Positions 1-12,069 of a DNA stretch of 64,000 nt are shown piece after piece. The notes under the pieces are model-generated. The model did no database searches and was not told the DNA's origin. It saw only the letters and a program-made list of their open reading frames with translations. Source of the stretch: the human T2T-CHM13v2.0 reference genome, Homo sapiens; assembly GCF_009914755.1 (NCBI RefSeq), contig NC_060932.1; one strand, written 5' to 3'. How positions within the stretch are numbered: the stretch's first letter is position 1; the number at the start of each line of letters is the position of its first letter. Made by a program: the position numbers and the translations under genes.

Positions 1-1142
1 AGTGAATACATACAGAGTGACTGGTATGGTGGCTCCCACACAGTACAAGATTGATGAACATCTACTCTTGCCTTTCCTTCCTTTCACATCTTAGAAAACT
101 CAATTTGTACTGTGGCTTAAAGATGTGACCCATTAAATTACAGGTTGGTAAAGACGACCTTACAGTGACACAATGGCAAGGGCTTGGCAGGAAGATTTTG
201 TTCAGACTCCTTATGTAGGCATCAGCAGGAAATTACCGTGGAAATGCCATTCTTCTGATCTTCCCTTCATTAAGTAACAACACATTTTCTGAATGCCTGT
301 CTTACCAGAACTAAATACAAGGGTGACCAGGGTAGGGTCCCTTGCCTTCAAAGAACACAACATCCTAGAGGGTAGAACCACACTTTAGTAACCATGATAG
401 CACTTTTTTTGTTGTTGAATTATAGAGGTGCACACAAAGTCCTGAAGATCTCCAATCACATGTATGGGTGGTGGGGCAAGAAATAGTCTTTATTGATACA
501 CTTTGAAGGCATATGGAACATTTGACCTTCTACAGAAAGTGTCTGCAGGCCAACAAGCAGATAAGGGCTGTCCAGATAGCCCCATGGAGGTTGAGAGGGG
601 GCAAAGTGGATGGCATTTTAGTGACATGGCAGGGATGGAAACAGGAAAGTGGAGGCAGTAGACAAAAACCACTCCATGGAGAGGCTAGAGGCTAGAGGCT
701 TTGGTGAAGATCAAATAAGAGGAAGCCAGGACTGGGTGGGGATTTATTTCTCGGATGGTGTGTAGACAGAGAAAGACCAGAGGAGACAGAAAAATTCAAA
801 GTGGCAGGAGAAAGAAGTTAACTGACAGAGCCAAGTCCAGAGGGGATGAGACAAATTGGGATGAGGTGTGAGGTGTGGCAGAGCAGGGGTCCTCTTCTCT
901 GAGATGGGTGGGAGGATCACTGGCAGCATTGAGATCTTTAGAGCTTCTTGTCTAAAGAATTCTGTTTTCTCGATTACTGAAAGTGAGGAGGGGTTTGGGG
1001 AAGGGTGGGACCATCACAGAGAAGTATTCACCATAGACAGAGAATGTCAATCACTTCGTTAGGTTCCATTCTTCTGGGAGGGAATGGGCAAAGAGAAGTG
1101 GCAGAGAGAAGTGGCAGATTCAGTGGACAAGGAAAAGAAAGA

Positions 1143-1519
1143 CGTTATGCACTGAACGTTTGTGCCCTCTCAAAATTCATGTGTCAAAACCAGGGATTAC
1201 CCCAGTGTGATGATATTTGCAGGTGGGGCTTTGGGAAGTAAGAAGTCTTAGATGAAGTCATGAGGATAGAGCCCTCCTGATTGAGATTAGTGCCCTTATA
1301 AGAGGCACAGGAGAACCTGCTTCTCCTCTCTCTTCTCTGTCATGTGAGCCTACAATGAAAAGTAGGCAGTCTGCAACCTGAAAGAGGACCCACCAAAGTC
1401 CTATCGTGCTGGATCCTTGATCTTGGACTTTCAGCCTCCAGAACTCTAAGACATAAGTTTCTGTTGTTTATAAGCCACCCAGTCTATGGCACTTTGTTAC
1501 AGCAGCACAAACTAAGACA
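1143..1519 (+). mobile_element. MaLR solo LTR, MLT1A/MLT1A0-like
   Basis: Starts GTTATGCACTGAACGTTTGTGCCC. Contains TTAGTGCCCTTATAAGAGG and TTGGACTTTCAGCCTCCAGAACT. Ends TTTGTTACAGCAGCACAAACTAAGACA. Confidence 0.85.
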
Positions 1520-1631
1520 GAAAAGGTATGTTAGGAGCCTGAGACCTCCCAGGGAAAGGTATTTAGGGGAGAATGACAAACTGGACACTGTTGGGGATGG
1601 GGGGCAAGAATAGTACTAGGTTGAAAGGATA

Positions 1632-2048
1632 AAGATGGTGCTGAATGTTTGTTTCCCATTCCAAAATTCATATGTTGAATTTTTGTATCTATATTTATAC
1701 GTTGAATATTCATATTTATATGTTGAAGCCCTAATCTCTCATGTGAGGGTATTTGGAGGTGGGGCCTCTGGGACATTGTTAGGCCATGAGGGTGGTGCTC
1801 TCATAAATGGGATTAGTGCCTTCAAAAAAAGGATTCTAGAGAGATCCTTCAGCCCTTCTGCCACGTGTAAGGACACAGCGAGAAGGTGGCTGTCTGCAAA
1901 CAAGGTAGTGAACCCTCAACCAGGACTAGAATCAGCTGGCTGGCACCTGGATCTTAGACCTTCCAGCCTCTAGAACTGTGGGAAATGCATTCACATTGTT
2001 GAAGCCACCCAGTCCCTGGTATTTTTTATAGCAATGCCAACTGACTCA
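1632..2048 (+). mobile_element. Second MaLR solo LTR, MLT1A-like
   Basis: CTGAATGTTTG...CAAAATTCATATGTTGAA, GGATTAGTGCCTT, CCTTCCAGCCTCTAGAACTGTG and AAGCCACCCAGTC motifs. Confidence 0.8.
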
Positions 2049-2764
2049 TGCCCATGAGTAGAGATGAAGAGGCACTAAAGGCAAACCTTGTTTTTCCCAA
2101 AGAAAGTGGATGTGAAAACATGCTTTAAGAGAGAGCAAAAGGAAAGATATTTGACATTTCTGGGACTTGTGAGCCCCGGGGAAAACAACCTATCCCAGGT
2201 GGGGAAGTTGTGTGCCACACGAGGAGGGGGTGCAGGGTGCAGGACTGGGGTCACATAGTCCCGGGCGCTGACTCGCGGGTTGGAGAAGGGTGCAGCCCAT
2301 CTCCCACAATGCCTTTCGTCTAGCACTCTGGCGCAGATGAGCCCAAGATGCTTTATAACTTTCAATCCTCCTTTTATGATCCTCAGAACTTGTCGCCATC
2401 TGCTATGCAGGGCTTTAATGCAAATCGGAGTTTGCTTTTATGGTTTCAATTAACCTAATAATAAAGCGGGGCAGGCAGGCTCCAAAGCATCTTCCCCTCC
2501 CATCCATTTCCAGGCAAGCTTCCCACCCTCCTCCCCCAAAACAACAGACCATGATGGCTTCACCCTGCAGTTGGAAACCCTTTGCCACATTAACCATGTC
2601 CCGTCTGCACCAAATTAACCACCTCCCAATTGTATCATAGTTGCTGCTGGGAATCCCTTCAGAGGAAACCGATCTAGGGTCTTGTGTGACAGATGCTACT
2701 TGAGCACAGAGGTCACTCAGGCCAGGAGGTCTTTCCCGGAGCACAATGTAAAGGGAAGACCATG

Positions 2765-2905
2765 ACTCTGAGAATGAGAGACACGGATTCAGATCATCCC
2801 TGTTTCACAGCTGAGTCACCTAGGGCATCTGTCTGAGCCTCACTTTCCTCACCTATAATAAGAGGACAATTACATACAGCATGCATAGTGCTGTGAGGGT
2901 GATGC
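2765..2905 (+). mobile_element. MIR fragment
   Basis: MIR core CTGAGCCTCACTTTCCTCACCTATAA. Confidence 0.6.
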
Positions 2906-2971
2906 ATCTGCCTCCTAATAAGCCACATTTTGCCTTCGGTAGGAACCCGGAGCAGGTTAGGAAGATAAATC

Positions 2972-3062
2972 TAGGATCACCAGAGAGGTTTCCAGGGACA
3001 TAAGACTTTCAAAGCTAAAAGTTGGAAAGCCCTGGGCAAACAGGAAGAAGCTGGTCACCCTA
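2972..3062 (+). mobile_element. hAT-Blackjack MITE, MER81-like
   Basis: GGTTTCCAGGGACATAAGACTTTCAAAGCTAAAA...CTGGGCAAAC...GGTCACCCTA resembles the recalled MER81 layout. The GGTCACCCTA TIR is at the right end, with a degenerate TAGGATCACC at the left. Confidence 0.65.
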
Positions 3063-3092
3063 AACGTGTCTTCTCTCCAAGATCTCTTTAGT

Positions 3093-3185
3093 GGCACTCC
3101 ACAGGTGTGTAGGTAAGGCAAGGCAAGGTAGGCACTTCACAGGTAAGGCAGATAAGGTAAGGTAGGCGCTCCACAGGTGAGGTAG
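3093..3185. repeat. Short imperfect tandem repeat (about 2.5 copies of 34-38 bp)
   Basis: GGCACTCCACAGGTG / GGCACTTCACAGGTA / GGCGCTCCACAGGTG recur, separated by AAGGCA/AAGGTA subunits. Confidence 0.75.
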
Positions 3186-4031
3186 AATCCCAGTACCAAA
3201 TTTTGTTCTTTTGCTCATGTCTTGCTTAGAAATTTCACAAAGCCTTGGGGAGTCAAGTTTCAAAAATATAATTATTACCATTAATTTATTCTTAAACTAC
3301 AATTGAAAACAACAAGGATTATTTGCATTTGCCTAGTAATGTGTAGCATACAAGCTGCACTTAATACCTGGAAAACCTCTGCAAGGTAAGGAAGTTATCC
3401 AAGGCCATATAGCAACAACATTATAGGGGTCCCTGGTCTTGAGCAGGTAGGTCACTCTTCCTCCCTTTTCTCAACTATAAAATGGAGTTAAAATATTTAG
3501 CTTGGTGAGAGTGAAAGATAATGCATTTAAAGTGCCTAAATTTTGTAGGTGATCCATTAAATGGTGGCACTAGCTCATTATTGTTTTTAACCTAACAAAA
3601 TTGCTGTGTGGTTCTATAAAAAAAATCTGGCATTTGGCCTTAGGTGCTCACCCATCCTTTCTTTGGATGTGAATGTCCTATATTTTCTAAACTTGGTTGA
3701 TTAGCTGGCATCAGTTGGCATTTTTTAAGTAAACACAGCCTTTGATTATAATTTTTGAATTATCTTCTCTTGAAGCAAAGGTGAGATGTACAATCCTATT
3801 TAAAGCATTCACTCATTCATTCATTCACTCTATGAATATTTTATTGGGCTTCTGGCTCCCAATGGGATTGTCCTAGGCTAGACATTTCTCTACTCACCCA
3901 GAATACATTACATTTTAGTTTTCAAGCTGAAATCAACTTTAGGTTCAGAAGTTTCTCCTAGCTAGACAAAGACGACCCTTCTAGAAAGGTGAGTGGGAGT
4001 ATTGTTTGGATCTGGGAGCAGAGATCAGCTT

Positions 4032-4272
4032 TAGGACTGTATTTCTACTATAAGCACAAAGGCAAAGGCCCACAATACTTTTGGGGGCCCCCCAAAATGT
4101 GTTAATTTTAATCAGAAAAAAATAAATATGCTCCATCCTGGTTTATATTTTTATTTTTATCATCACAGTTATAAAATATTTTACACACACACACAAACTC
4201 ACACATTTTTAATGGACTAAAAGGATCTATGAACATAAATGCCTAAGGCCCATGAAAGTCAATACAGCCCTG
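4032..4272. mobile_element. hAT-Tip100 MITE (MER96B/MER91-like)
   Basis: GGCCCACAATACTTTTGGGGGCCC, an AT-rich core, and a terminal TGCCTAAGGCCCATGAAAGTC...GCCCTG. Confidence 0.55.
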
Positions 4273-4404
4273 AGCCAATATCATTTCAGAGCTGGAGCTT
4301 TCAACTGCGTTGTGGTTAGCAGAGTGGCCAGCTGCAGGAATGATTCCCTAAAACCTCTAATGCAAGGCTTCCTGCAAATGAAAGGGACATGGAGTCCACA
4401 GAAT

Positions 4405-4496
4405 GACTGGATGGATGGATAGATGGATAGATGGAGGATGGATGGAGGATGGATGGATGACAGATGGATGATGGATGGATGGACAGGCAGATGGAT
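4405..4496. repeat. (GGAT)n microsatellite, imperfect
   Basis: Repeated GGAT/GGAGGAT units. Confidence 0.9.
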
Positions 4497-4947
4497 TAAA
4501 GAACAGATATTTATTAAGGTGCAAAGATGAATAAGTTATCAAGACCACAAGCGGAGGAGACTTAGTGCCCTGCAAATTCAGAGGCAGAATTGACCTGTGT
4601 TCTGCCTAGGCCCAGCTAAAAGGGACCCCATGAGTCTTACTTTATCCTTTTTAACCAGACTTTAAAAATCTTACTGTAAGGTCAGTATTTAAAGCACACA
4701 TACAACTCCCATTGAGTGATTTAACTGGGTTTGTGTATAACAGTAACTCAAATGCAAAGGATTAGCCCTTAATCTAGTAAGTGCCATATCCAAACCCAGG
4801 GCTGTGGCTCAAGTGCCAAGTTTTTCCAGAACCATGGGCTGCCATTTGGGAGATATTGTCTGCTAAAGTTTTCTTTCTTTAAAATTACACACCATTTCAC
4901 TTGGCTTAAAGACAAGAACCAGTTTCAACTTAAAAAAATAAAAAATA

Positions 4948-5358
<411 letters not shown>

Positions 5359-6453
5359 TCACAGATGCTTCTTGTAAAATGATTTAGCTGAGAAACAACA
5401 ATGAAGGCATTTATTTTCCAAGCAGTGATGGCACCAAGACAACTGGCAAAAAGTGTACTCAGCATGAAGACAAGAGTTGGTTTTCATTCCTTTTTGGATG
5501 TTTTGGGCATCTTCTTCTGCCTCACAGAGAATTCCTGAGAGACAGTCCTTGGACTTGCTTGCCCTCCACCAGTCACTGCCAGGGACCTCCTGAAACACCA
5601 AGATCCCCAAGGGACCATGGTGTCTGTTGCCAGCTTAGCGTCCTCATTTTGCCGTCTTCATGCCCTTCTCTCCACATCCACACCCCCACTCCCACTGTTA
5701 CAAACCATATTTAATAAAACGTAGACACCCAGGATGCTACAGTGAATGATTGTAACATCTCTGATGGTAACTAGACATTGAAAGGGACCCCTTAAAAGTA
5801 ATGAATAAATGGGCCAATTCGCACTAAAACGCAATTGTAAATAAGCAACCTCAGAAGTGAGAAGGGCAGGGGCTGTTAGTTCTCATTCCCAGTAAGAGGC
5901 AGAGATAAATTGGGTGCAAATGGAGATCCAATAGGTGCTGACAGTAACAGATGAAGATCTATGAAAATTGAGGATACTTTAATGAGTTATGTTGAACAGA
6001 TGCAAGAGAAATTGGTCCAGGAGGGTGCCCTTGGAAAGCTCTGTAGTCCTCCATATGCTTGGGTTTGTAGTTTGTCTCTCAACCACATCATCTTGATAAA
6101 TGAATGCTCAGCTCTCCTTTTAGGTCCTCTTACTGGGCTGGAAGCTGAGGCCAAACTTGTGGTTTTTCTCTGTTGCAATCTGCAGTATCTTAAGCACAGC
6201 ATTTTCTCTCTGTGTGCCTCACTTGTGTTATCTCTACAATGGAAGTAATTATAATTGTGAACCTTGCCTCAAAGTCTTGTAAGGGGGATGGATGTGACAA
6301 CGAATGTGAAAGTGTCACACACCACACACACAGTGGGGAGGGATTCAAGAGACAGCTCTAACACAGTCTGGTCATGTGGCCTACTGTGGGCTAATATTTC
6401 ACCTCTGGAGGCCTGAAGTTTCCTCATCTGTAAAATGAGGAGCTTGGATTCAT

Positions 6454-6632
6454 CAGTGGTTCTCAAACCTGGCTGCACTTCAGAATCACTTGGGGAGCTT
6501 TTTAAAAATAGTGGTGCCTGGAAACTTCCTCAAATTAATTACACTAGAACCTCTGGGGTTAGGCCCCAGACATCAGTCTATTTTAAAGCTCCTCAGGTGA
6601 TGGTGTTGTTCAGCCAGAGTTGTGAATTGCTG
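6454..6632. mobile_element. MER5A (hAT-Charlie) inserted in a MIR
   Basis: CAGTGGTTCTCAAACCTGGCTGCACTTCAGAATCACTTGGGGAGC...AAAGCTCCTCAGGTGA. Flanked by MIR halves (TTTCCTCATCTGTAAAATGAGG / CTAGATGATCTCTAAGG). Confidence 0.85.
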
Positions 6633-7558
6633 AACTAGATGATCTCTAAGGGTTCTTTCCCTCTAACATTCTGTGACTCTATAATTTGTTTTGTAATTGC
6701 ATGAAACATATTGGCTTTGATCCAGAGCCATTTCTACCTTAAGGGGAAACATCCCCCAAATAACAATGAAAGCGGGGCACAGAAGGGCAAACCAGGTGCT
6801 GGAGCAGTGGATTCCATCTGTTTCAGAGCCATGGTTCCTATAAAAAGCTGGACATGATGGTTGGCATGCTTAGAGCAAACTTTTTTAGTATTTCTTCCTA
6901 AAAGTGGTTGAGATTTTTTATAAATGAATTCACACTCTATGTAACATTTTGAGGTTGGTTTTACTCACTCAGTATAATGTTATTTGAAGTCCATCCTAGT
7001 GATGCACGCATCAAAAGTCTGTTCCTTTTGATTGCTGAGTAGTATTCCATGATAGGCATATATGCAATTTGATTAAACTTGCCCATTGAAAAAAATTGAA
7101 GTCAGTTCCAGTTTTTGACGGTTATAAAGAAAGATGTTATACACATTTTTATACAGGTGTTTGCATGAACATAAGTTTGGCATTTTGTGGGATAAATGTC
7201 CAGGAGTGCAATTTATGGGTCATATGATAAGTACATGTTTGGCATTGAAAGAAACTGCCAAAACCATTTTCCAGAGTGGCTGTGCCATTTTAAATTCCTA
7301 CCAGAAGTGTGTGAGTAATCCAGTTTCTCTGCATCATCACTAGTATTTGGTGTTAGTCACTCTGATAGGTATGTGGTGATATCTCATTGTGATTTTAATT
7401 TGCATTTTCCTAATGTTTAATGATGTTAAATATCTTTGATGATTTCAATTATTTTTAGTGTTGATGATTCAATAATTTTTAGTGTTGTCGACTTTTTTTT
7501 GGCCCAGGATATAATTTATCATGATGAATTTTCCGTGGTTGCTTGAAAAAAATTTATA

Positions 7559-7797
7559 CAGTCATCCCTCAATACACATAGGGGATTGGTTCCAGGACCT
7601 ACTCCCCAATCCCCAACTTCTGCTAACAAAATCCATTCATATTCAAGTCCTGCGGTCAGCCCTGTGGAACCCACATATAAGAAAAGTCAGCCCTGCATAT
7701 ACACAGGTTTCATATCCCATGAATACTGTATTTTAGAAAAAAAATCCTTGTACTAGTTGACTTGTGCAATTGTTCACCATGTTGTTTGAGTCAACTG
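7559..7797 (-). mobile_element. MER8-like (TcMar-Tigger) MITE
   Basis: CAGTCATCCCTC...GGGGATTGGTTCCAGGACC to ...GTCAACTG, with TA on both sides (7557-7558, 7798-7799). Confidence 0.85.
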
Positions 7798-7856
7798 TAT
7801 TCTGCTGTTGTTAGACAGAGTTCCACATATGCCAATTAGATCATGTTGATTGGTTG

Positions 7857-8733
7857 TGTACACTGAAAATAAAATTCTAAGTCCCACAACTATCTGAATG
7901 GACCCCTGCTCTTGGCCAAGGGCATTCTAAAGTTAACCTGAAAAACTAGTTCGGGCCATAGTGGGAAGTTGGGGTTTGATATGCCTCATTTTACCCTCCT
8001 CCCTTTGAAATTCAGGCACAATGGACCAGCATTAGCATTAAAACAGAGCTCTTAAGACTTTTTGTAGCAATAAGACACCAAATTCTGGTGTGACATGAGT
8101 ATGGCATCACATGACAGATAGCCGACCCTGAAGGAAATCAAAGTATTTTACCCTAAAATATATTTCTTTGACATATTTTGAAATGGCCCTGCAAAGCCAT
8201 CTCTTGTGGGAAAAATCTACATCACACAGAGAATCCCTTTCCCTTCCCAAGTCTTTTCCCTCAACCAGGAGAGGACTGAGTCTGGCACCTTTTTAAGTCT
8301 GATAAGAAACGTTTATAATCTATTCTCTCTGAAGCCTGCCACTTGGAGTCTTCATCTGCGTAATAAGAACCTTTGTCTCCACAATCCCTTATTTTAACCC
8401 AGGCACTCCCTTTAATGGATTCCAGGTCTTTGGATGAACTCTTTCAACCAATTGCCAATTGTAAAATTTTTGAATCCACATATGCACCCATGATCTAGAA
8501 GCCCAATACCTCCCAACCCTCCACTTCAAGTTGTCCCACCTTTCTGGACCAAATCAATGTATATCTTAAATGTATTGGTTGATGTCGTAGGTCTCCCTGA
8601 AATGTATAAAATGAAGCTGTTTTGGCACATGTCATCAGGACCTCCTGAGGCCATGTCACAGGCATGTCCTTAACCTTGGCAAAATAAACATCTAAATTGA
8701 TTGAGATTTGTCTTACATACCTTTTGTATTACA
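7857..8733 (+). mobile_element. ERV1 solo LTR, MER4D/MER4E-like
   Basis: TG start; AAAATAAAATTCTAAG...GAATGGACCCC...GGCCAAGGGCATTC; GGCACATGTCATCAGGACCTCCTGAGG; AATAAA near the 3' end; CA end. Confidence 0.85.
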
Positions 8734-8972
8734 AAAGGTTGTTTGCATTACAAAAGGTGTTGTTAACTTCTTCTATATCCTTGCTAATATTCTCTCTAGT
8801 ACTCTATCAATTGCTGCGAATGAGGCAGAGAAATCCTCAACTATAATTGCAGATTTTTGTATTTCTCCTTTCTTTTCTATCAAGTTTTTGCTTCATGTAT
8901 CATGAGGCTCTGTTGTTTGGTGCATACACATTTAGGATTTTTATGTCTTCCTGGTGAATTGATCCTTTTATT

Positions 8973-9119
8973 TATTTTAAAGATATAAATTTATTAAAAC
9001 TTTGAAGTTAACAATTTATTGAAGTCAGAAATAAAATAATATGTTAACTATAAAAACCTAGAAGTCCCAGGAATTAGATTTCAAAGATTTTGATTTCAAA
9101 GAATTCCTTACAAATAAGG
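8973..9119 (-). pseudogene. Short TSD-flanked insert, probable 5'-truncated retrocopy of an mRNA 3' end (parent not identified)
   Basis: Perfect 15-bp direct repeats ATTGATCCTTTTATT at 8958-8972 and 9120-9134. Two minus-strand AATAAA (9015-9020, 8990-8995) precede a very short A-rich end. Confidence 0.6.
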
Positions 9120-9286
9120 ATTGATCCTTTTATTAATATATAATATCCCTCTTTGTCTCTAGTAATTTTATTTGAAGTTTACTTTATCTACTTTTAATAT
9201 TTTATATAATATACCAATACAGTTACATAATGTATATATTTACATATTAACATGTAAATTTATATAACATTCTTAAAATATTATAA

Positions 9287-10410
9287 TTATAGAGATGGAT
9301 CATAGATCAGTGGTTGCCAGGGATTAGGGAGGATAAGGGAGGTTGATGTGGATATAAAAGGATGGTATAGGGGATCCTTGGGATAGAACTGTTCTGTACC
9401 TTGGTTCTGGTGGTGGTTACATAAATCTATGTATATAGAATTAATATGCATTATAAATTGCATAGAACTAATATGCACACACACAAATGATCATACAAAA
9501 AACTAGTGACCTCTGAGTAAGTGTGGTGGGTTATATCTGAAACTGCCATTGCAAATTTATAGCTGAGACAAATGTTACAGTGAAAAAGATCTGACATAAC
9601 CAACTTCATCCTCCTTCTAATCTCTAAACTGTTCTTGTTCATTCCTGGGTGTAGGCTGAACTAACTTTGAGAGGAACTTAGCTTATAGTTTAACTTGGAA
9701 ACAAACAGGAAAACAGTCTTTCCCAAAACAAACCTTCCCGGAGACTAGACTGCCTTTGCAGGACTAACAAATGAGCACACAATTAGAAATTATGATTTAG
9801 GAGTCATGTAGCTGGAGGCTACAACATTCTGACCCTTCCCAAATTGCTCTTGGGGTCATCATTTCTATTGTAAAAAACTAAGATCAGTGCTTGAGATATT
9901 CTGTAGGCCCTGCTAGATCAGCTGGCACCACCCAGATCCATAAACTGCCTCATCTGGTCTTGTGGCCCCTGCCCAGGTACTGACTCAGTGCAAAAAGACA
10001 GCTTTGACCGCCTATTATTTCATCTCTGACCCACCCAATCAGTACTCCCAACTCACTGGCCCCTACCCACCAAATTGTCCTTAAAAACCCTCGATCCCCA
10101 AGTTTTCAGGGAGACTCATCTGAGTAATAATAAAACTCCAGTCTCCCATACAGACAGCTCTATGTGAATTACTCTTTCTCTACAGCAATTCCCCTGTCTT
10201 GATAAAAGAGCTCTGTCTAGGCAGCAGCCAAGGTGAACCTGCTGGGTGGTTAGATATCAATGTTAATTTCCTGATTTTGATTTTATTCTACAGCTTTGCA
10301 AGATGTTACTCTTCGGAGAGCCTGGATGAAGACTATACAGCACCTCTCTGTATTACTTCTTATAGCTTCATGTGAGTCTACAATTATATCAAAATAAAAA
10401 TTAAAAAAAT
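9287..10410 (+). mobile_element. L1MC/MD-like 3' end, split by LTR8
   Basis: AGATCAGTGGTTGCCAGGG and GGTGGTTACATAAATCTA. Resumes at 10255 and ends AATAAAAATTAAAAAAA. Confidence 0.75.
9538..10254 (+). mobile_element. ERV1 solo LTR, LTR8-like
   Basis: TGAAACTGCCATTGCAAA start, GGCTGAACTAACTTTG, AATAAAACTCCAGTCTCC. 4-bp TSD TATC at 9534-9537 and 10255-10258. Confidence 0.9.
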
Positions 10411-11491
10411 TAAGAGTATTCTTACTTTTATGTATTTTTGAAATTTTCCATAATAAAACATTTTGAACGATGGATGAGAAATTAGCATAAATTCTGCTCC
10501 TTTACACATTCCCGTTTGTGTTTTCCCCATTTGCTTGGTATTATAGACACTGCATTAAGACAGTCAGCCTGGGACTTTGTGTGTTTTGGTATCACTGACA
10601 TTTTGATATTTCAGTTTAAAATCTGACTTGATCACATATTAAACCTCAAGTCTTCCTCAGCCTGGGCAGGAGCCCCACTGCCTACGTAAGCTTAGGTTGG
10701 AAGGGAACTTGCTTGGGGGCCTCACATGGCTATGATCACTCCCATTTGGTGCTGTTCTTATGCTTGTATTCTTTCTTGGATTTGCTGCCCTTCTCTTCTC
10801 ACTGATTTATCTGAGTAAGGGGGAAAGGGCCTCAGCACTTGGAGCCCAAAGGTGTGGACTCTGCACCAAGCCTCACAGCTAAGTCCAGATTTGGGCAAGT
10901 CACTGGCCCTTACAGAGCCCTCGTCCCCTCACCCATCAAATGAGGATTACTGTACAACCATCACAGACAATCGCATTGAGAAACCAACGAGAGGGCATGT
11001 TAAGGAATTTATTAACCACATTGTGTCATGCCAATGCAGACTGTGATTACTATTAGGTCCTTCTCCTGACTCTTCAAAAAAGCTCTTTAGTGCTGATTCT
11101 CTTAGGACACATAGATTACTTGCACAGTATTTATTTAACTTTAGGTCATTTGGTGGATGTTGCATGCTTGATTTAACTTTGGCAAAGCACATCCTCCTCC
11201 AAGCCATGCTTAGAAGTTAAAAGAAGGATTTCAGACCATGCCAGCCTGGGAAAAGTGAGTGATGACCTCCCAGGGACCTCCGGACTTATGCAAGTGAACA
11301 AAGAAAGCCCAGGATGAGGTGCTCAGGCAGTGGGCAAAGCGAGGAAGAAGAAGGTGCTCTCAGGAGAGAAATGGTGAGTTTGGAGCAATACTCAGAGAGT
11401 TAATTCTTAGTGGAAGTCCTGTTTGTACCCCTGGGCTTAGGCAGTAGGAGTGAGAGAGACTCAGGAGACATTTCTCAGATACCTCATCCAC

Positions 11492-11896
11492 TGTACTCAT
11501 CAGGGTTCTGCAGAGTCACAAAAGCATCAGAATCTGTACAGATATATGAAAAGAGATTTATTATGAGGGATTGACTCATATGCTTGTGCAGGCTGAGAAG
11601 TCCCAAGTCTGCCATCTGCAAGCTGGAGGTCCAGGGAAATAGTGGTGTAGTTATCCAAGCCCAATGGGCTGAGAACCAGGGCACCGATGGCTTAAGTCCA
11701 CGTCTGAGTCTGAAGGCCAGAGAGCAAGGAACACCAATGTCCAAGGGCAAGAAAAAATGGGTTCCCCAGGTCAAGCAGAGACAGCGAATTTGCCCTTCCC
11801 CAGCCTTTTTGTTCTAATCAGGCCCTCAATAGATTGGATGGTGCCCACTGGCATCGAGGAGGGCCACCTTCTTTACTCAGTCTGATTCAAATGCCA
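11492..11896 (-). mobile_element. ERVL LTR, MLT2B/C/D-like
   Basis: AGGGTTCTGCAGAG, GAGATTTATTATGAGGGATTGACTCA, GCCATCTGCAAGCTGGAG and GATTGGATGGTGCCCAC motifs. Confidence 0.8.
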
Positions 11897-12069
11897 GGCT
11901 CCCACCCCACCTGCTCTTTGCTGTGCTCTTTCCTCAAGGTGCCATGTCTTCCCTCCCTGTCTTGCTGTGGGGTCACCCTCCAGCCTGGCACCTCAAGTCT
12001 CCTCCCTTTGCACCTTGTAACTGTCACTCTATGTTCTCTTCATGCCTGAGGCTCCTGGACCTGAAACAG

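Larger units (their letters stand above)
6920..9200 (-). mobile_element. Old L1M (L1MB/MC-like) fragments, interrupted by younger insertions
   Basis: Antisense L1 3' region (TCTCATTGTGATTTTAATTTGCATTT) and ORF2-region motifs (GGTGCATACACATTTAGGATT). The L1 sequence resumes after each nested insert. Confidence 0.75.
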
